DNA of 63,846 bases, the filler included, from an uncultured bacterium (lineage in GTDB: Bacteria; CAZSTA01): assembly GCA_964609495.1 (NCBI GenBank). It is 7 parts of 7 records of this genome, joined end to end, with 100 filler letters (N's around TTAATTAATTAA, not from the genome) between each part and the next. Parts side by side here need not be neighbours in the genome. Positions count along the whole stretch, not along the records: positions 1 to 9,395 come from CAZSTA010000143.1; positions 9,496 to 18,876 come from CAZSTA010000144.1; 5 more parts are not named here. One strand, given 5' to 3'. Numbering within the stretch: position 1 is the first letter of the stretch; every line of letters starts with the position of its first letter. The notes beneath the pieces were generated by a model. The model did no database searches and was not told the DNA's origin. It was given only the letters and a program-made list of their open reading frames with translations. Below are positions 9,271 through 18,976 of this stretch, in pieces. The position numbers were made by a program, and so were the translations under genes.

Positions 9271-9344
9271 ACTGAATTACCTCACTCCAGTGGTTTAAGT
9301 CGATTCAAATAAATAACCTTTCTATTCTCAGCTTTTCGCCGGAG

Positions 9345-9395
9345 AGTTCGAGATGTAATTCTCCCCTCTCCCTAACCCTCTCCCACGAGGGGAGA
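9345..9395. repeat. Left part of BoxC-like element at contig end
   Basis: CCCTAACCCTCTCCCACGAGGGGAGA runs into the Ns. Confidence 0.8.
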
Positions 9396-9495
9396 NNNNN
9401 NNNNNNNNNNNNNNNNNNNNNNNNNNNNNNNNNNNNNNNTTAATTAATTAANNNNNNNNNNNNNNNNNNNNNNNNNNNNNNNNNNNNNNNNNNNN
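9396..9495. other. Artificial contig linker
   Basis: 44 N + TTAATTAATTAA (stops in all six frames) + 44 N. Confidence 0.99.
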
Positions 9496-9548
9496 GAGGG
9501 TGTAATACAAAGTAAATTAGATCTCAGATCCCAGATTTTATATGCTTC
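9496..9548. repeat. Right end of composite element at contig start
   Basis: GAGGGTGTAATACAAAGTAAATTAGATCTCAGATCCCAGATTTTATATGCTTC matches ~45530-45581 and the reverse complement of 63720-63772. Confidence 0.85.
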
Positions 9549-9580
9549 CCCAGGTGAATTTGTTTGACTGATATTCGAGT

Positions 9581-9638
9581 AAAAAAAATAGATTCACTTC
9601 CGTCTCCAGCATACCACTTATGGAGAAAGGGAATCTAT
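9581..9638 (-). terminator. Putative intrinsic terminator after the Lrp-like gene
   Basis: AATAGATTC/GAATCTATT stem followed by a T-run on the minus strand. Confidence 0.55.
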
Positions 9639-9676
9639 TGACAAAACCTGATCCTAACATCGGTCGGAATATTGGC

Positions 9677-9973
9677 TTAAGATTGTTTAACCCATGAAGT
9701 TAGGGGAATGATTGTTTCAGTATGGGTGATCTCCGGTAATCTCCGGATTTTATCGACTACTTCTCCTATCTGCTCATCGACATGCTTCACAAAACCGCCC
9801 TTAACCTCAAGCACTGCGGCGATATCACAATTGCCTGGAATTATGTGGATCTCCTTAACCCCCTCTAACGCGAGCAATTTCTCCGCAACTTTTTGTTCAG
9901 TTCCCGCATTTACGTTGATCAGCACAAAAGCTCTTTTATATCCTCTCATATCACGAAGGCGAACATCTTCCAT
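9677..9973 (-). CDS. Lrp/AsnC ligand-binding-domain-only protein
   Basis: AFVLINV..G.E..VAEKL...V.EIH...G..DI...IRRLPEI..TET; no HTH. Confidence 0.85.
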   Translation of the reverse strand: MEDVRLRDMRGYKRAFVLINVNAGTEQKVAEKLLALEGVKEIHIIPGNCDIAAVLEVKGGFVKHVDEQIGEVVDKIRRLPEITHTETIIPLTSWVKQS

Positions 9974-10128
9974 CTCGATTGGTACCCCTTTCTCTATTCA
10001 ACTTTTAAGTTGTTTCAACAAAGTCTCTTAGATTTTAAAATACCTCGCCTCGTTCTTCGGATATTTCTCTAAATCGAAAACACGTCGGATGACCGAAACC
10101 TGTGATTCTTGAAGAGGAGATTGGGTTA

Positions 10129-10335
10129 TCAGTTTTGATTAGGATTCTCAGGTATTACCAGCCAGCAGATTATATAGGCGATGAGACCAACAGGAAAGGT
10201 AAAAATTGTTATAGCGGCCCAAAGTAATCTAGCTATCGTAACATCGAAGTTAAAGTATTCCGCTATGCCTCCACATACTCCTGCTATCATCCTCTCTTTT
10301 TTAGAGCGATATATCCTTTTCCCTTCCGGCATCAT
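10129..10335 (-). CDS. PspC domain protein
   Basis: KRIYRS..ERMIAGVCGGIAEYF..D...R...YIICWLVIP. Confidence 0.92.
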   Translation of the reverse strand: MMPEGKRIYRSKKERMIAGVCGGIAEYFNFDVTIARLLWAAITIFTFPVGLIAYIICWLVIPENPNQN

Positions 10336-10635
10336 TCTTCCCCCCTCTTAAAATGATCGGTCACAAATTCATACACTCCTCTTAATTTCAACCTTGAGGT
10401 TATAATTTCGAGGTGACCTTTCTCTTAGATACTATCCCGAACGATAAGATAAAGTTTCAAAATGTTCCTGAAAACTTAAGATCTACTCCCACTGGAAACA
10501 TTCCAAAACTTTATAGTAGGCACTTACGGATCATGGGAGAGCCTGGCAAGATGCTCTATTAGGAGGCCCGATGAAGCAGAGACGAAAGGGCTTCTTAGCC
10601 GAGGCTAAGAAGCTCATCTCCTTTTTTGAGCAGAT

Positions 10636-10899
10636 AATCGGAGCATCATATTATTAGTTTTTCGCTAGTGAGTTCAAGACATAGTTCCCCCTCACCCTAT
10701 CCCTCTCCCACAAGGGGAGAGGGATAGGGGGGAGGGTGATTTATGATGTCAGATCCCCAATTTATATGCTTCCTTAGAAGAGGGTGTAAAGGAGACTTTT
10801 TAACTTGAGTTTTGTTGCCTACAAAAGTTTCCTTTATTTAAGGTGGACTCGAGATCTAACAGGAGAAAAAAACTTCAATAGTCAGATTAATTTGGCAAA
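10636..10899. repeat. Composite element with the same flanks as 3018-3251, containing a BoxC-like core, a TATATGCTTC end and a hairpin at 10788-10835
   Basis: AATCGGAGCATCATATT left flank and GTGGACTCGAGATCTAACAGGAGAAAAA...ATTAATTTGGCAAA right flank shared with 3035-3246. Confidence 0.85.
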
Positions 10900-10949
10900 A
10901 ATCTTTCAGGGGATTGGGAGTAGCTCACTGATCTCAAGTTGTAATTTTG

Positions 10950-11477
10950 CTACTCCTCAGCCTCGATATCAGATTTAAGTTTATCTAACTCAGTGTCTAT
11001 CTCCTGATCCTCAAATTTGCTATCCAGTTTAAGCTCTTCGGTGCTCTTGCCAGAGAGCGCCTCTAAACTTGCCAACAAGGCCTCCGCCTTAGTGGAATCT
11101 ATCTCCTTGGCTTTAAGCAATAATTTCTCTTTAAGAATAGCATTCTTAGTTCTATAGGAAGCCAACTCTCTTTTCAGTTTATTTGCTTCTCTCTTATATC
11201 GAGTTAATCTATTCCCGGCCTCTCTAGCTAGATTCTCTCGTCCCTTTTCTTCGGCAAACTCAACTCTCCTCATCCATTGCTCGACTTGAGCTAGTTTCTC
11301 CGACAAGGCTTGCTCGACTCTCTTCTCAGTCGAGATATAATTTAGGACATATTCCTTAGCCTCTTTAATATCCATACCTTCCAAGGAAAGCTCTGGATCG
11401 TCGGGGGATACCCTATCAGCTTTAATTAACGTCATTTCACTCTCCTTAGAGGTATCTTCCTTTTCTTTATCAGTCAT
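10950..11477 (-). CDS. PspA/IM30-like coiled-coil protein, N-terminally shortened
   Basis: QWMRRVEFAEEKGRENLAREA and C-terminal LDSKFEDQEIDTELDKLK resemble PspA motifs. Confidence 0.6.
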   Translation of the reverse strand: MTDKEKEDTSKESEMTLIKADRVSPDDPELSLEGMDIKEAKEYVLNYISTEKRVEQALSEKLAQVEQWMRRVEFAEEKGRENLAREAGNRLTRYKREANKLKRELASYRTKNAILKEKLLLKAKEIDSTKAEALLASLEALSGKSTEELKLDSKFEDQEIDTELDKLKSDIEAEE

Positions 11478-11496
11478 CGTTATATCTCCTCCTTTT

Positions 11497-11597
11497 AAAG
11501 GAAACTTTTGAATTCTGGTAACTTTCTAACCTTATATATTTTTGGAAGCGAAAGTTACCAGAACACTTGAGTTTTGTTCGAAGTAAAAGTTTCCTTT
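11497..11597. repeat. AAAGGAAACTTTT/AAAAGTTTCCTTT hairpin element with a related hairpin nested inside
   Basis: Outer arms plus CTTGAGTTTTG loop motif; inner TTCTGGTAACTTTC/GAAAGTTACCAGAA. Confidence 0.85.
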
Positions 11598-11609
11598 ATT
11601 AATAGAATT

Positions 11610-12776
11610 TCAAAGTTTGATCTTCACCCTTCGATTTTTACTTATCTTAAATATATACATCAATTTACTCCGTTCAGATAAGGGGAATTTAACCACTACC
11701 TTGTATTTCCCCGCTCTTAAACGGTAAGAAATGGGAAGTTTGACTATCTTCAGTATATTAACTTTTCTCCCATATTGATTTAATATATCAAGGAATATGA
11801 TATCCCCTTTATATTTATCTCCAGCCTCGATCAATAGCTCTCCAAAGCTGATCTCTATATCTTTAGCTATACTCTGACCTGATCCAACTTTGATATTCCT
11901 GACCACTTGGGTTTGATTGGTCTTAGTATCACACTGAATCTCTAAATCATAGGTCCCAGCTTCCAATCTATCATATACAGCAGGATTTCCCCTGTTGGTA
12001 TGCCGAATAATCCCGGTATCCTTGGAGATAATATGAGTGAATATAAAATTCTCATCGGCTAACTTTCCTCCGCTATATATATTTAACCTCAGAAAGCTAC
12101 CACCTAAACTCACCGAAGCTTCTCGAAGACTCTTTATATCAGGAGCGCTTACATATCTGATATGAGCTACCTTCTCCACACAGAGCAGATCTTTAAGCAC
12201 CTTCTCATCTCTCACATCATAACCGACAATATAGGCCCACATAGGTGACATACTGCTAAAGATATCCTCGGCGGCGGCACAGAAATCCTCCGGGCTTTCC
12301 TCCTCACATATTTCCTCGGCATCGGTGATCAAAATAATAATCCTCTTCGACTTCACATCTTTAAGGGAGAGAGGGGGAAAATCCCTAACCGCCTCTCTAA
12401 GAGAATAACCTATAGGTGTCCATCCCGTCGGCTGAAGTGCCTGAAGCTCCTTCGTTATCCTGGCAAAATTTTTACTGATCGGTCCAAAGGGAACTAATAA
12501 TTCGGAGGCATAACACTCCTTAGGAATATGCCCCAAAACCCTCAGAGCAACTTGAGATTCGGGCGAGGTCTTCTTGATCTGCCTCAATCTATCTATAAAC
12601 ACTTCCCTAGCAATATCTATCTTACGCCTGCCATCCTCTCCGAATTTATTCATGCTTCCCGAGGAGTCGAAGATCAACAAGTAATAGTTGGGATAGACCT
12701 CGTCTGCGGTAACTTCAACACTTAATATAATCGATAAGATCACCAAGATCGCTATCGGTATAACTCTCCTTCCCAT
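11610..12776 (-). CDS. Secreted von Willebrand factor A domain protein
   Basis: Signal peptide; MIDAS DSSGSM, GWTPIG, LITD. Confidence 0.88.
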   Translation of the reverse strand: MGRRVIPIAILVILSIILSVEVTADEVYPNYYLLIFDSSGSMNKFGEDGRRKIDIAREVFIDRLRQIKKTSPESQVALRVLGHIPKECYASELLVPFGPISKNFARITKELQALQPTGWTPIGYSLREAVRDFPPLSLKDVKSKRIIILITDAEEICEEESPEDFCAAAEDIFSSMSPMWAYIVGYDVRDEKVLKDLLCVEKVAHIRYVSAPDIKSLREASVSLGGSFLRLNIYSGGKLADENFIFTHIISKDTGIIRHTNRGNPAVYDRLEAGTYDLEIQCDTKTNQTQVVRNIKVGSGQSIAKDIEISFGELLIEAGDKYKGDIIFLDILNQYGRKVNILKIVKLPISYRLRAGKYKVVVKFPLSERSKLMYIFKISKNRRVKIKL

Positions 12777-12823
12777 CCGATATCTCCTTTCTAGGCAGGG
12801 GGGAATCTCCCCTCTATATTTTT

Positions 12824-14287
12824 CTATTCGCAGTATTTATAAGGTATAGTGTCATCGAGCTTCCTGGCTTCCTCGAATATCTTATTAGCCTTTTCTATCT
12901 CACCCTTTTCGCAGTATATATCACCTAAATTAACATAGGCTTTAGCATATATCTGAACTTCCAACTCATCTGCATATCCCGTCATCTTCTCATACCAACT
13001 CTGAGCTTCATCAATATCATCTTTCTGGTAGTAATATATACTAGCCAGGTTATTACATGTGTCAGCTAAAGCTCTTTTAAGCTCTCTCTCTTGCAGTTGA
13101 GAGGAAGCTGTTTTCATCCCCTCTATGATCTCTAAAGCCCTTTGATATTCCTCTATCGCCTCCTGATACCCCTTTATGGCTATCTCGTATTCCCTGGCAT
13201 TAAAACCTTCAACCGCCCTTTTGAAGTGTTCCTCCCCCAGATTATAATTATCCCTCCATTTATCCTCACCTATCCCCGCCAAGGTAGCCACTACCTTCTG
13301 TTCTTCTTCCTCTCTTATCTCTATATCATCCTTCCAATCTTTATAGCCCTCCTTGATTATCGAGAGTTGGTATCTGCCTTCCTCTAATATAGTTGAGTGC
13401 TTCCCTTCCGCATCGGTAGAGGCTTCCTCAATTTCATCCGAGATCTCTAATGATGTTATCTTTATCTGACTATCACCGAGAACTTCGCCTAATTCATTCA
13501 TCACCAAAAGGGATAATAGCCCTCGAGAAGGGGAGATCTCCCTCTCGAGGATCGCCTTTATCTCCCTGATCTTACCATCACTTAGGAAGGAAAATTCCCA
13601 ATCTTTATATCCTTCTTTAACCAATTTTACCGAATGCTCTTCACCAGCGGATACTTTCCAGCTTAAAGGAGTTTGTTCCTCTAATCTCTCTCCATCCAGA
13701 TATATATCCGCAGAAGGAGGCTGAGATGTGATCTCAATGGCTAGTTTCCATCGAGGAGTATATATCAATTTCTCTCCCCGTTTGATCTTGATCTTATCCT
13801 CGATCGTCTCGAAGCCATTCCTGATTAGAGTTAGCTTATGCTCTCCAGTCGAGAGGCCAGATAACTCATTAGATTTTACCCCCTTCTCATCTAAGAATAC
13901 CCTCATCTCCCTTCCGCCCTCGAGGGACAGGGTTCCAGACGAGAAAGCAGGATATACTATCCAGCCCAAAGAATATATAATGACTAGGGCTACTATGACC
14001 GAACATATCAATTTAATTCTTCGTTCTTCTCTCTCCAAAATAGTAGCTATATTTATTATTATAGTGAATGCGATCCAAATGAACACGCATATCCTATTTA
14101 GTTGAAATAGTTTAGCTATAATTATATAGATTACAAGGACTGCATAGAGGATGGGATAGGGATATTTCTGAAATATACTGACCTTCTTTATTCTATACAA
14201 AACATTCTTCTTTTCAATAGAGATTAGGATAATGCCACTTATAATTTGTAAAATACTCGCTAGGATAGTAATAATAAGCTCAACCAT
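12824..14287 (-). CDS. Membrane protein with PEGA domains and C-terminal TPR repeats
   Basis: Four N-terminal TM segments; ITSQPPSADIYLDG...TP...KEGYKDW; AYVNLGDIY. Probable ATG 14287 (track start 14317). Confidence 0.8.
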   Translation of the reverse strand: MVELIITILASILQIISGIILISIEKKNVLYRIKKVSIFQKYPYPILYAVLVIYIIIAKLFQLNRICVFIWIAFTIIINIATILEREERRIKLICSVIVALVIIYSLGWIVYPAFSSGTLSLEGGREMRVFLDEKGVKSNELSGLSTGEHKLTLIRNGFETIEDKIKIKRGEKLIYTPRWKLAIEITSQPPSADIYLDGERLEEQTPLSWKVSAGEEHSVKLVKEGYKDWEFSFLSDGKIREIKAILEREISPSRGLLSLLVMNELGEVLGDSQIKITSLEISDEIEEASTDAEGKHSTILEEGRYQLSIIKEGYKDWKDDIEIREEEEQKVVATLAGIGEDKWRDNYNLGEEHFKRAVEGFNAREYEIAIKGYQEAIEEYQRALEIIEGMKTASSQLQERELKRALADTCNNLASIYYYQKDDIDEAQSWYEKMTGYADELEVQIYAKAYVNLGDIYCEKGEIEKANKIFEEARKLDDTIPYKYCE

Positions 14288-14333
14288 TAGATTCTCCCCT
14301 TCCCAATTATCTACCACTTATAATTATATGATA

Positions 14334-14362
14334 ATGCAGGCCAAGTTAGAATTGGCCTGCAT
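14334..14362. terminator. Hairpin downstream of the 5'-nucleotidase gene
   Basis: ATGCAGGCCAA/TTGGCCTGCAT perfect 11-bp stem; T-tail weak. Confidence 0.5.
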
Positions 14363-14442
14363 AATATCAGATTAATTTCCTCTCAAAGCTCGTCTTTAAG
14401 ATGCGAATCAGATCCCGAACCTGGCTTGCGATCGAATAAAGG

Positions 14443-15960
14443 CTACTCTATAATATTTATCCTTCCCTCTACCTCGGGAGCAACCTCGCCCATCTTCTTG
14501 ATATAGTCAGTGACTACATCTCTCAGCAGTTCTCCAGTGACCAGGGTCATAGGGGCTTCTTTAAACGAGACATAATCATCACCACCAGCCGCCATGAAAT
14601 CGTTAGTGGCTACTATATACTCCTTATCCAACTCCAGAGGCTCTCCCTTAATCTTTACCTCGGATACTCTCTCCCCCGCAGGCTTAGAGGGATCGAGGGT
14701 AAAGGTTAAGCCAGATACTTGGGGGAAACGACCAGCTGTCTCTTCTACCTTGCTAACTCCATTCTCCAGGGCTTCTAATACCCCTTCCCCAGTCATCTGA
14801 AGAGCTATAAGATAATTATCGAAGGGGAGGACGGTGAATACATCTTCTACCTTGACGGGGCCCTCTAGGATGCTTGCTCTGATACCACCACCATTTTGAA
14901 TAGCTAGATCAGCATTGGCTCTCTCCCTCATTATATCAGCTATGAGATCTCCTAGATTAGTCTCCTTCGTCCTTACATCGCCGCGCTCCCCATTGAGATT
15001 CACCTTAGCCTCTCCTATTACCGCACTTAGCTTGGTATCCAAAGCATCCCTATAGCTAGCGACAAGTTCCTCCATATCCTTATCAAAGGCTATGCTCTCA
15101 TCAATGGGTATCAGATTATGCTTATAGGTTATCTCGCCATTATCACCAATCGTTAAATCTAGCCGTCCGAGTAATTTTCCATAATCCAAAGCTTGAACGA
15201 TGAGCACATCTCCCACTTTATAACTTTTTTCCAACTCAGTATGTCCTGCTACGATCACATCTAAGCCAGGGGTCTCATCAGCTACTTTCTCAACCTCGGC
15301 AGTCTCTAGATGAGCTAAAACTACTAATAAATCTACTTCATCTCCTATCTCCTTGGCGATACTTGAAGCAATCTCAGCAGGATCGAGGAATTTCAGATTC
15401 TCCACGTTCTTAGGATGAGTGAGATAGACAGTCTCTGGAGTAACCAAGCCGATTATTCCTATTTTGATCCCCCCCACCTCTTCGATCACATAACGATCAA
15501 TAAAATCTATCGGACGTCCATCCTTATACTCCAAATTAGCGCTTAGGAAGGGGAAGTCAGCCTTCTCTGCCAGACCCTTTAGCGCCTCGAAACCATAGTT
15601 AAAGTCGTGATTTCCGATATCCATAGCGTCCACGCCAAGCTTATTGTAAGCCTCTATTACCGACTCCCCATAAAAGAGATTCGCTATATTGGTTCCATGT
15701 ATCGTATCCCCCGCGTCTACCAGGATAGTGTTGGGTTGTTCCGCTCTTATCTCTTTCACTAAAGTTGCTATTCGGGCTATTCCTCCGATGGTCTCTTCAG
15801 AATCTCCACTAGCTTTGAACGGCTCTAAATGTCCATGAAGGTCATTGAGGTGAAGGATAGTTATATTAGTTTCCTCCGCTAGGGAGATAGGGGAAGAGAA
15901 TACCAATCCAACTAGGATCACTAAACTAATCAAACTCAACAGTTTCCTCATATTAAACAT
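14443..15960 (-). CDS. Secreted 5'-nucleotidase/UDP-sugar hydrolase family metallophosphoesterase
   Basis: Signal peptide; NDLHG, DAGD, GNHDF, AGHT, NGGGIRA, LPFDN, FPQVSG. Confidence 0.93.
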   Translation of the reverse strand: MFNMRKLLSLISLVILVGLVFSSPISLAEETNITILHLNDLHGHLEPFKASGDSEETIGGIARIATLVKEIRAEQPNTILVDAGDTIHGTNIANLFYGESVIEAYNKLGVDAMDIGNHDFNYGFEALKGLAEKADFPFLSANLEYKDGRPIDFIDRYVIEEVGGIKIGIIGLVTPETVYLTHPKNVENLKFLDPAEIASSIAKEIGDEVDLLVVLAHLETAEVEKVADETPGLDVIVAGHTELEKSYKVGDVLIVQALDYGKLLGRLDLTIGDNGEITYKHNLIPIDESIAFDKDMEELVASYRDALDTKLSAVIGEAKVNLNGERGDVRTKETNLGDLIADIMRERANADLAIQNGGGIRASILEGPVKVEDVFTVLPFDNYLIALQMTGEGVLEALENGVSKVEETAGRFPQVSGLTFTLDPSKPAGERVSEVKIKGEPLELDKEYIVATNDFMAAGGDDYVSFKEAPMTLVTGELLRDVVTDYIKKMGEVAPEVEGRINIIE

Positions 15961-16107
15961 AACCTCCTTAAAAAATTAATTGAAGATAAACGACAGCCGA
16001 TCTTCAAGCTCATCTAACCTAAGCAAAATCCCCCCTTCATATTGAGGTGGTGGAAATCAAGAGCAACCCCCTCAATTTCTATTTTCTGATTTCCAATTCC
16101 CATCTAT

Positions 16108-16662
16108 TTAGAGGTTCTCCCCAGGTAGCCCATATCGAATGAGGCCTCCGCCATAATCATTCATTATATCAGTTACAGCATCGGCCATCGTCTCCACTAA
16201 CATCCTACGCAAGAAAGGATTTCGAGCGTCCTCCTCCCTCTCTAAGCTGATAGCAGCTGCCAGAGCCAGCTTAGCCACTTCTTTATTATATCCCTTTCGG
16301 TATGACTTGTTAGCAAATCTCAAGAGATTCCTCTGTAACCTTCTCTTTAATTCAGGAGTTGCTAGATGCTCCAAGGCTTGACTTAATGATTTTTGTAAAT
16401 CGTCCTCTAAGCTAGATCTGGCAGAAGCTTCCTCCTCATCCTCTGGCTCTTCAAATAAGCTGAATAAATAAGCTTCTGCTTCAAATTTATCAAATCTCCA
16501 TTTCGGAAACCACTCCAGATCAAAAAGTTTTGGGGAGTTCTCGACAAGCTGATGAACATCCTCATCTTTCATCTCTCGAATCAGAGCCGTGAAATCCTTA
16601 TCCTCAGCTTGAGCCTTTGGGCTACGGATTACTCCCCTCTTACATCTTGTTCTCCTGCTCAC
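16108..16662 (-). CDS. Hypothetical protein
   Basis: 184-aa ORF with GGAGG RBS before GTG; no motif recognised. Confidence 0.65.
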   Translation of the reverse strand: MSRRTRCKRGVIRSPKAQAEDKDFTALIREMKDEDVHQLVENSPKLFDLEWFPKWRFDKFEAEAYLFSLFEEPEDEEEASARSSLEDDLQKSLSQALEHLATPELKRRLQRNLLRFANKSYRKGYNKEVAKLALAAAISLEREEDARNPFLRRMLVETMADAVTDIMNDYGGGLIRYGLPGENL

Positions 16663-16786
16663 AATTTCCTCCTTAGATTTCCCCGCTTAATCGAAGATTA
16701 AAATTTAATATTCCACAAGTGTTCTTGCCTTTACAACCCAATTATAACGCGTTAGATAAATTTTGTCAAGAAAAAACTAGCTTATG

Positions 16787-17158
16787 GAAGCATGTAAAAC
16801 TCTGTGCTGGGGGATATTATCCTCCCCCTCCCCCTATCCCTCTCCCACGAGGGGAAAAAGGTAACTTTTTTAACCATGAGTTCTATTTGAAGCAAAAAAG
16901 TTACCTTTTAGGGAACATCGAGATAAGCTCGATCTATTTAGTTCCCCCTCCCTTGACGGGAGGCTCTGTCAAAAATTACCCCTCTAAATTGAAGCTGAAG
17001 CTAAATTCTATGTGGTTTCTTGACTTTCCCCCCACCTTTCATCGCACCAGTTCAGCAAATTTTTGAGTTTTTTCATTCTATTTTTTACAGTGCCTGACGG
17101 GAGGGTGGTTTAAGGGAGTTCAAACCTAAATCTGCTAGCACAAAGTTTACATGCTTAC
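16787..17158. repeat. Composite palindromic element (as 1872-2108) carrying an extra MITE
   Basis: GAAGCATGTAAA...TTTACATGCTTAC ends; nested hairpin 16857-16910 identical to 1939-1992. Confidence 0.9.
16962..17094. mobile_element. 133-bp MITE with IS6-like terminal inverted repeats and 8-bp target duplication
   Basis: GGCTCTGTCAAAAAT vs reverse complement GGCACTGTAAAAAAT (13/15). TGACGGGA at 16954-16961 and 17095-17102. Empty site in the 1872-2108 copy. Confidence 0.88.
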
Positions 17159-18064
17159 CTAGCTTATCGCCTTAATTTTAGCTCTAGGATGATACTTCTC
17201 ATAATCCATCTTCAATTTCTCCTTCGATACTTGGGTATATATCTGAGTAGTGGAGATATCGACATGTCCTAATAGCTCCTGGACCGATCTTAGATCGGCT
17301 CCATTCTCCAACATATGAGTGGCGAAGGTATGACGGAAGGTGTGAGGGCTTATGCCTTTACCAATGCCCGCCTTTCGAGCGTATCTCTTCAGATTCTTCC
17401 AGGCTCCTTGTCTTGTCAATCTCTTTCCGAATCTATTTACAAACAGGGCGGTCTCCCTTAGATTCTTAATCAAATGTCCTCTTCCCTCGGCTAAGTATAA
17501 TTCAATAGCTTGCAGAGCTGGGTGACCTATCGGTATTATCCTCTCCCGGTGCCCTTTTCCCAAACATCTAAGATAGGCTTCTTCTCTATTTACATCCGAG
17601 ATATCGAGATCGATCAATTCCGAGATACGAATCCCAGTGGCATATAACAGCTCTAACATAGCCACATCTCTTAACCCTAAGGGTTTATCAGCTTCTGGCT
17701 GTTGAAGGAGTTGTTCTATTTCCCCTATGTTTAAGATATAAGGCAGAGTCTTCTCCACCTTGGGCGATTCCAAATCGAAGGTTGGATCAGTATCAAGATG
17801 CTCTTCATCCAGCAAGAAACGGAAGAAGGTCTTCAAAGTAGCCAGTTTACGGGATAGAGTTGAGGTAGCACAACCAACCTCCTTCAAGCTAGAGAGAAAA
17901 GAAATTATGCTCTCCTTAGTAATATCCTTTAGTGACTCGATTTCCTGTTCATCTAAATGATCAAAGAACTGCTCTAGATCGGAACGATAAGCCAAGATGG
18001 TATTCTCCGCTAATCCTCTCTCCACCGCTAAATAATTTATAAATTCATTTATTACCTCTCTCAC
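17159..18064 (-). CDS. xerD: Tyrosine recombinase XerD
   Basis: YLAVERGLAENT, LYATGIRISEL, HTFRHTFATH, DLRSVQELLGH, TTQIYT, HPR. Confidence 0.92.
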   Translation of the reverse strand: MREVINEFINYLAVERGLAENTILAYRSDLEQFFDHLDEQEIESLKDITKESIISFLSSLKEVGCATSTLSRKLATLKTFFRFLLDEEHLDTDPTFDLESPKVEKTLPYILNIGEIEQLLQQPEADKPLGLRDVAMLELLYATGIRISELIDLDISDVNREEAYLRCLGKGHRERIIPIGHPALQAIELYLAEGRGHLIKNLRETALFVNRFGKRLTRQGAWKNLKRYARKAGIGKGISPHTFRHTFATHMLENGADLRSVQELLGHVDISTTQIYTQVSKEKLKMDYEKYHPRAKIKAIS

Positions 18065-18639
18065 GATCTCACCCCATCAATTCGCTTTTTAGTCAGCAAA
18101 ATCCCGGCTATAGTCTTAGCATCCTTGATCTCCCCGTTCTCCACCTTTTCCACAGCCTCCTCCGAACTCAGATACTCGATCTTTAAAAATTCGTCCTCGT
18201 CCGCATCACCTTTCTCCGCTTTTAAATCGGTAGCAAGATATAAGCGGATAAGCTCACTAGAATAGCCGGGGGCAAGGAAGAACTCGGTCAACTTCTCCAT
18301 CTTCCCCGCTCGATATCCGATCTCCTCGATCAACTCCCGCTGGGCGCATTCCTCCGCTTCCTCCCCCTCCTCCAAAGTGCCAGCGGGGATCTCCAATAGC
18401 ACCATCTCCACAGGCTTTCTATACTGCTTGACAAATACGATCTCTCCTTCTTCGGTCAGAGGAACTATAGCCACTGCTCCCCGATGTTCTATGATCTCTC
18501 GTGTGCTACTCCGTCCATCTGGCAATTTAACTTTGTCAACTCGTAGAGATACAACTTTCCCCTTATAGATTCTCTCTGATGATATAGTCCTCTCTTCCGC
18601 TGGTTCTCGTCCTTCGGGACGGGAGGTCGAATCGCTCAT
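18061..18639 (-). CDS. nudF: NUDIX hydrolase, ADP-ribose pyrophosphatase-like
   Basis: EIPAG...E...AQRELIEEIG Nudix box, QYR, DAKT; ATGA overlap with xerD. Confidence 0.8.
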   Translation of the reverse strand: MSDSTSRPEGREPAEERTISSERIYKGKVVSLRVDKVKLPDGRSSTREIIEHRGAVAIVPLTEEGEIVFVKQYRKPVEMVLLEIPAGTLEEGEEAEECAQRELIEEIGYRAGKMEKLTEFFLAPGYSSELIRLYLATDLKAEKGDADEDEFLKIEYLSSEEAVEKVENGEIKDAKTIAGILLTKKRIDGVRS

Positions 18640-18876
18640 AATGTCTTCCTCTCCTATTGATAAGTTGAAATTGGCAAGCTGTGATCCTTAGATTAAGCTG
18701 GAAATAGAGAATTTGGTAGTCTCCCTCAACAGTGGTAATTAAAATAAGAATTGTTATATAATATACTAACAGACTTACGTTTGGGCTATCAAGGAATTGT
18801 TCTCTATTGTTGGAGCTTCCTGGCATCATCAACACCAAATAGGAGACTGCCTATTTTTGATTAACTACGATAATCG

Positions 18877-18976
18877 NNNNNNNNNNNNNNNNNNNNNNNN
18901 NNNNNNNNNNNNNNNNNNNNTTAATTAATTAANNNNNNNNNNNNNNNNNNNNNNNNNNNNNNNNNNNNNNNNNNNN
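18877..18976. other. Artificial contig linker
   Basis: 44 N + TTAATTAATTAA + 44 N. Confidence 0.99.

Noticed and set aside
9440-9451. Regularly spaced TTAATTAATTAA as a biological repeat
   Set aside because: Always centred in 88 Ns; assembly linker.
10560-10620. SAM-I riboswitch, hammerhead ribozyme or SRP RNA suggested by GGCCCGATGAAGC...CGAAA
   Set aside because: Lacks the ATC.AGAG/GAGGGA and GCAACC elements of SAM-I, the CUGANGA core of hammerheads and the GGAAGG loop of SRP.
16719-17066. 115-aa ORF as a possible transposase of the composite element
   Set aside because: It is a translation of nested repeats with no DDE or HUH motif, and the frame is not kept in other copies.
17159-18064. 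Tyrosine recombinase as a prophage or integron integrase
   Set aside because: Typical XerD length and motifs, coupled to nudF, with no IntI-specific insertion and no phage genes.
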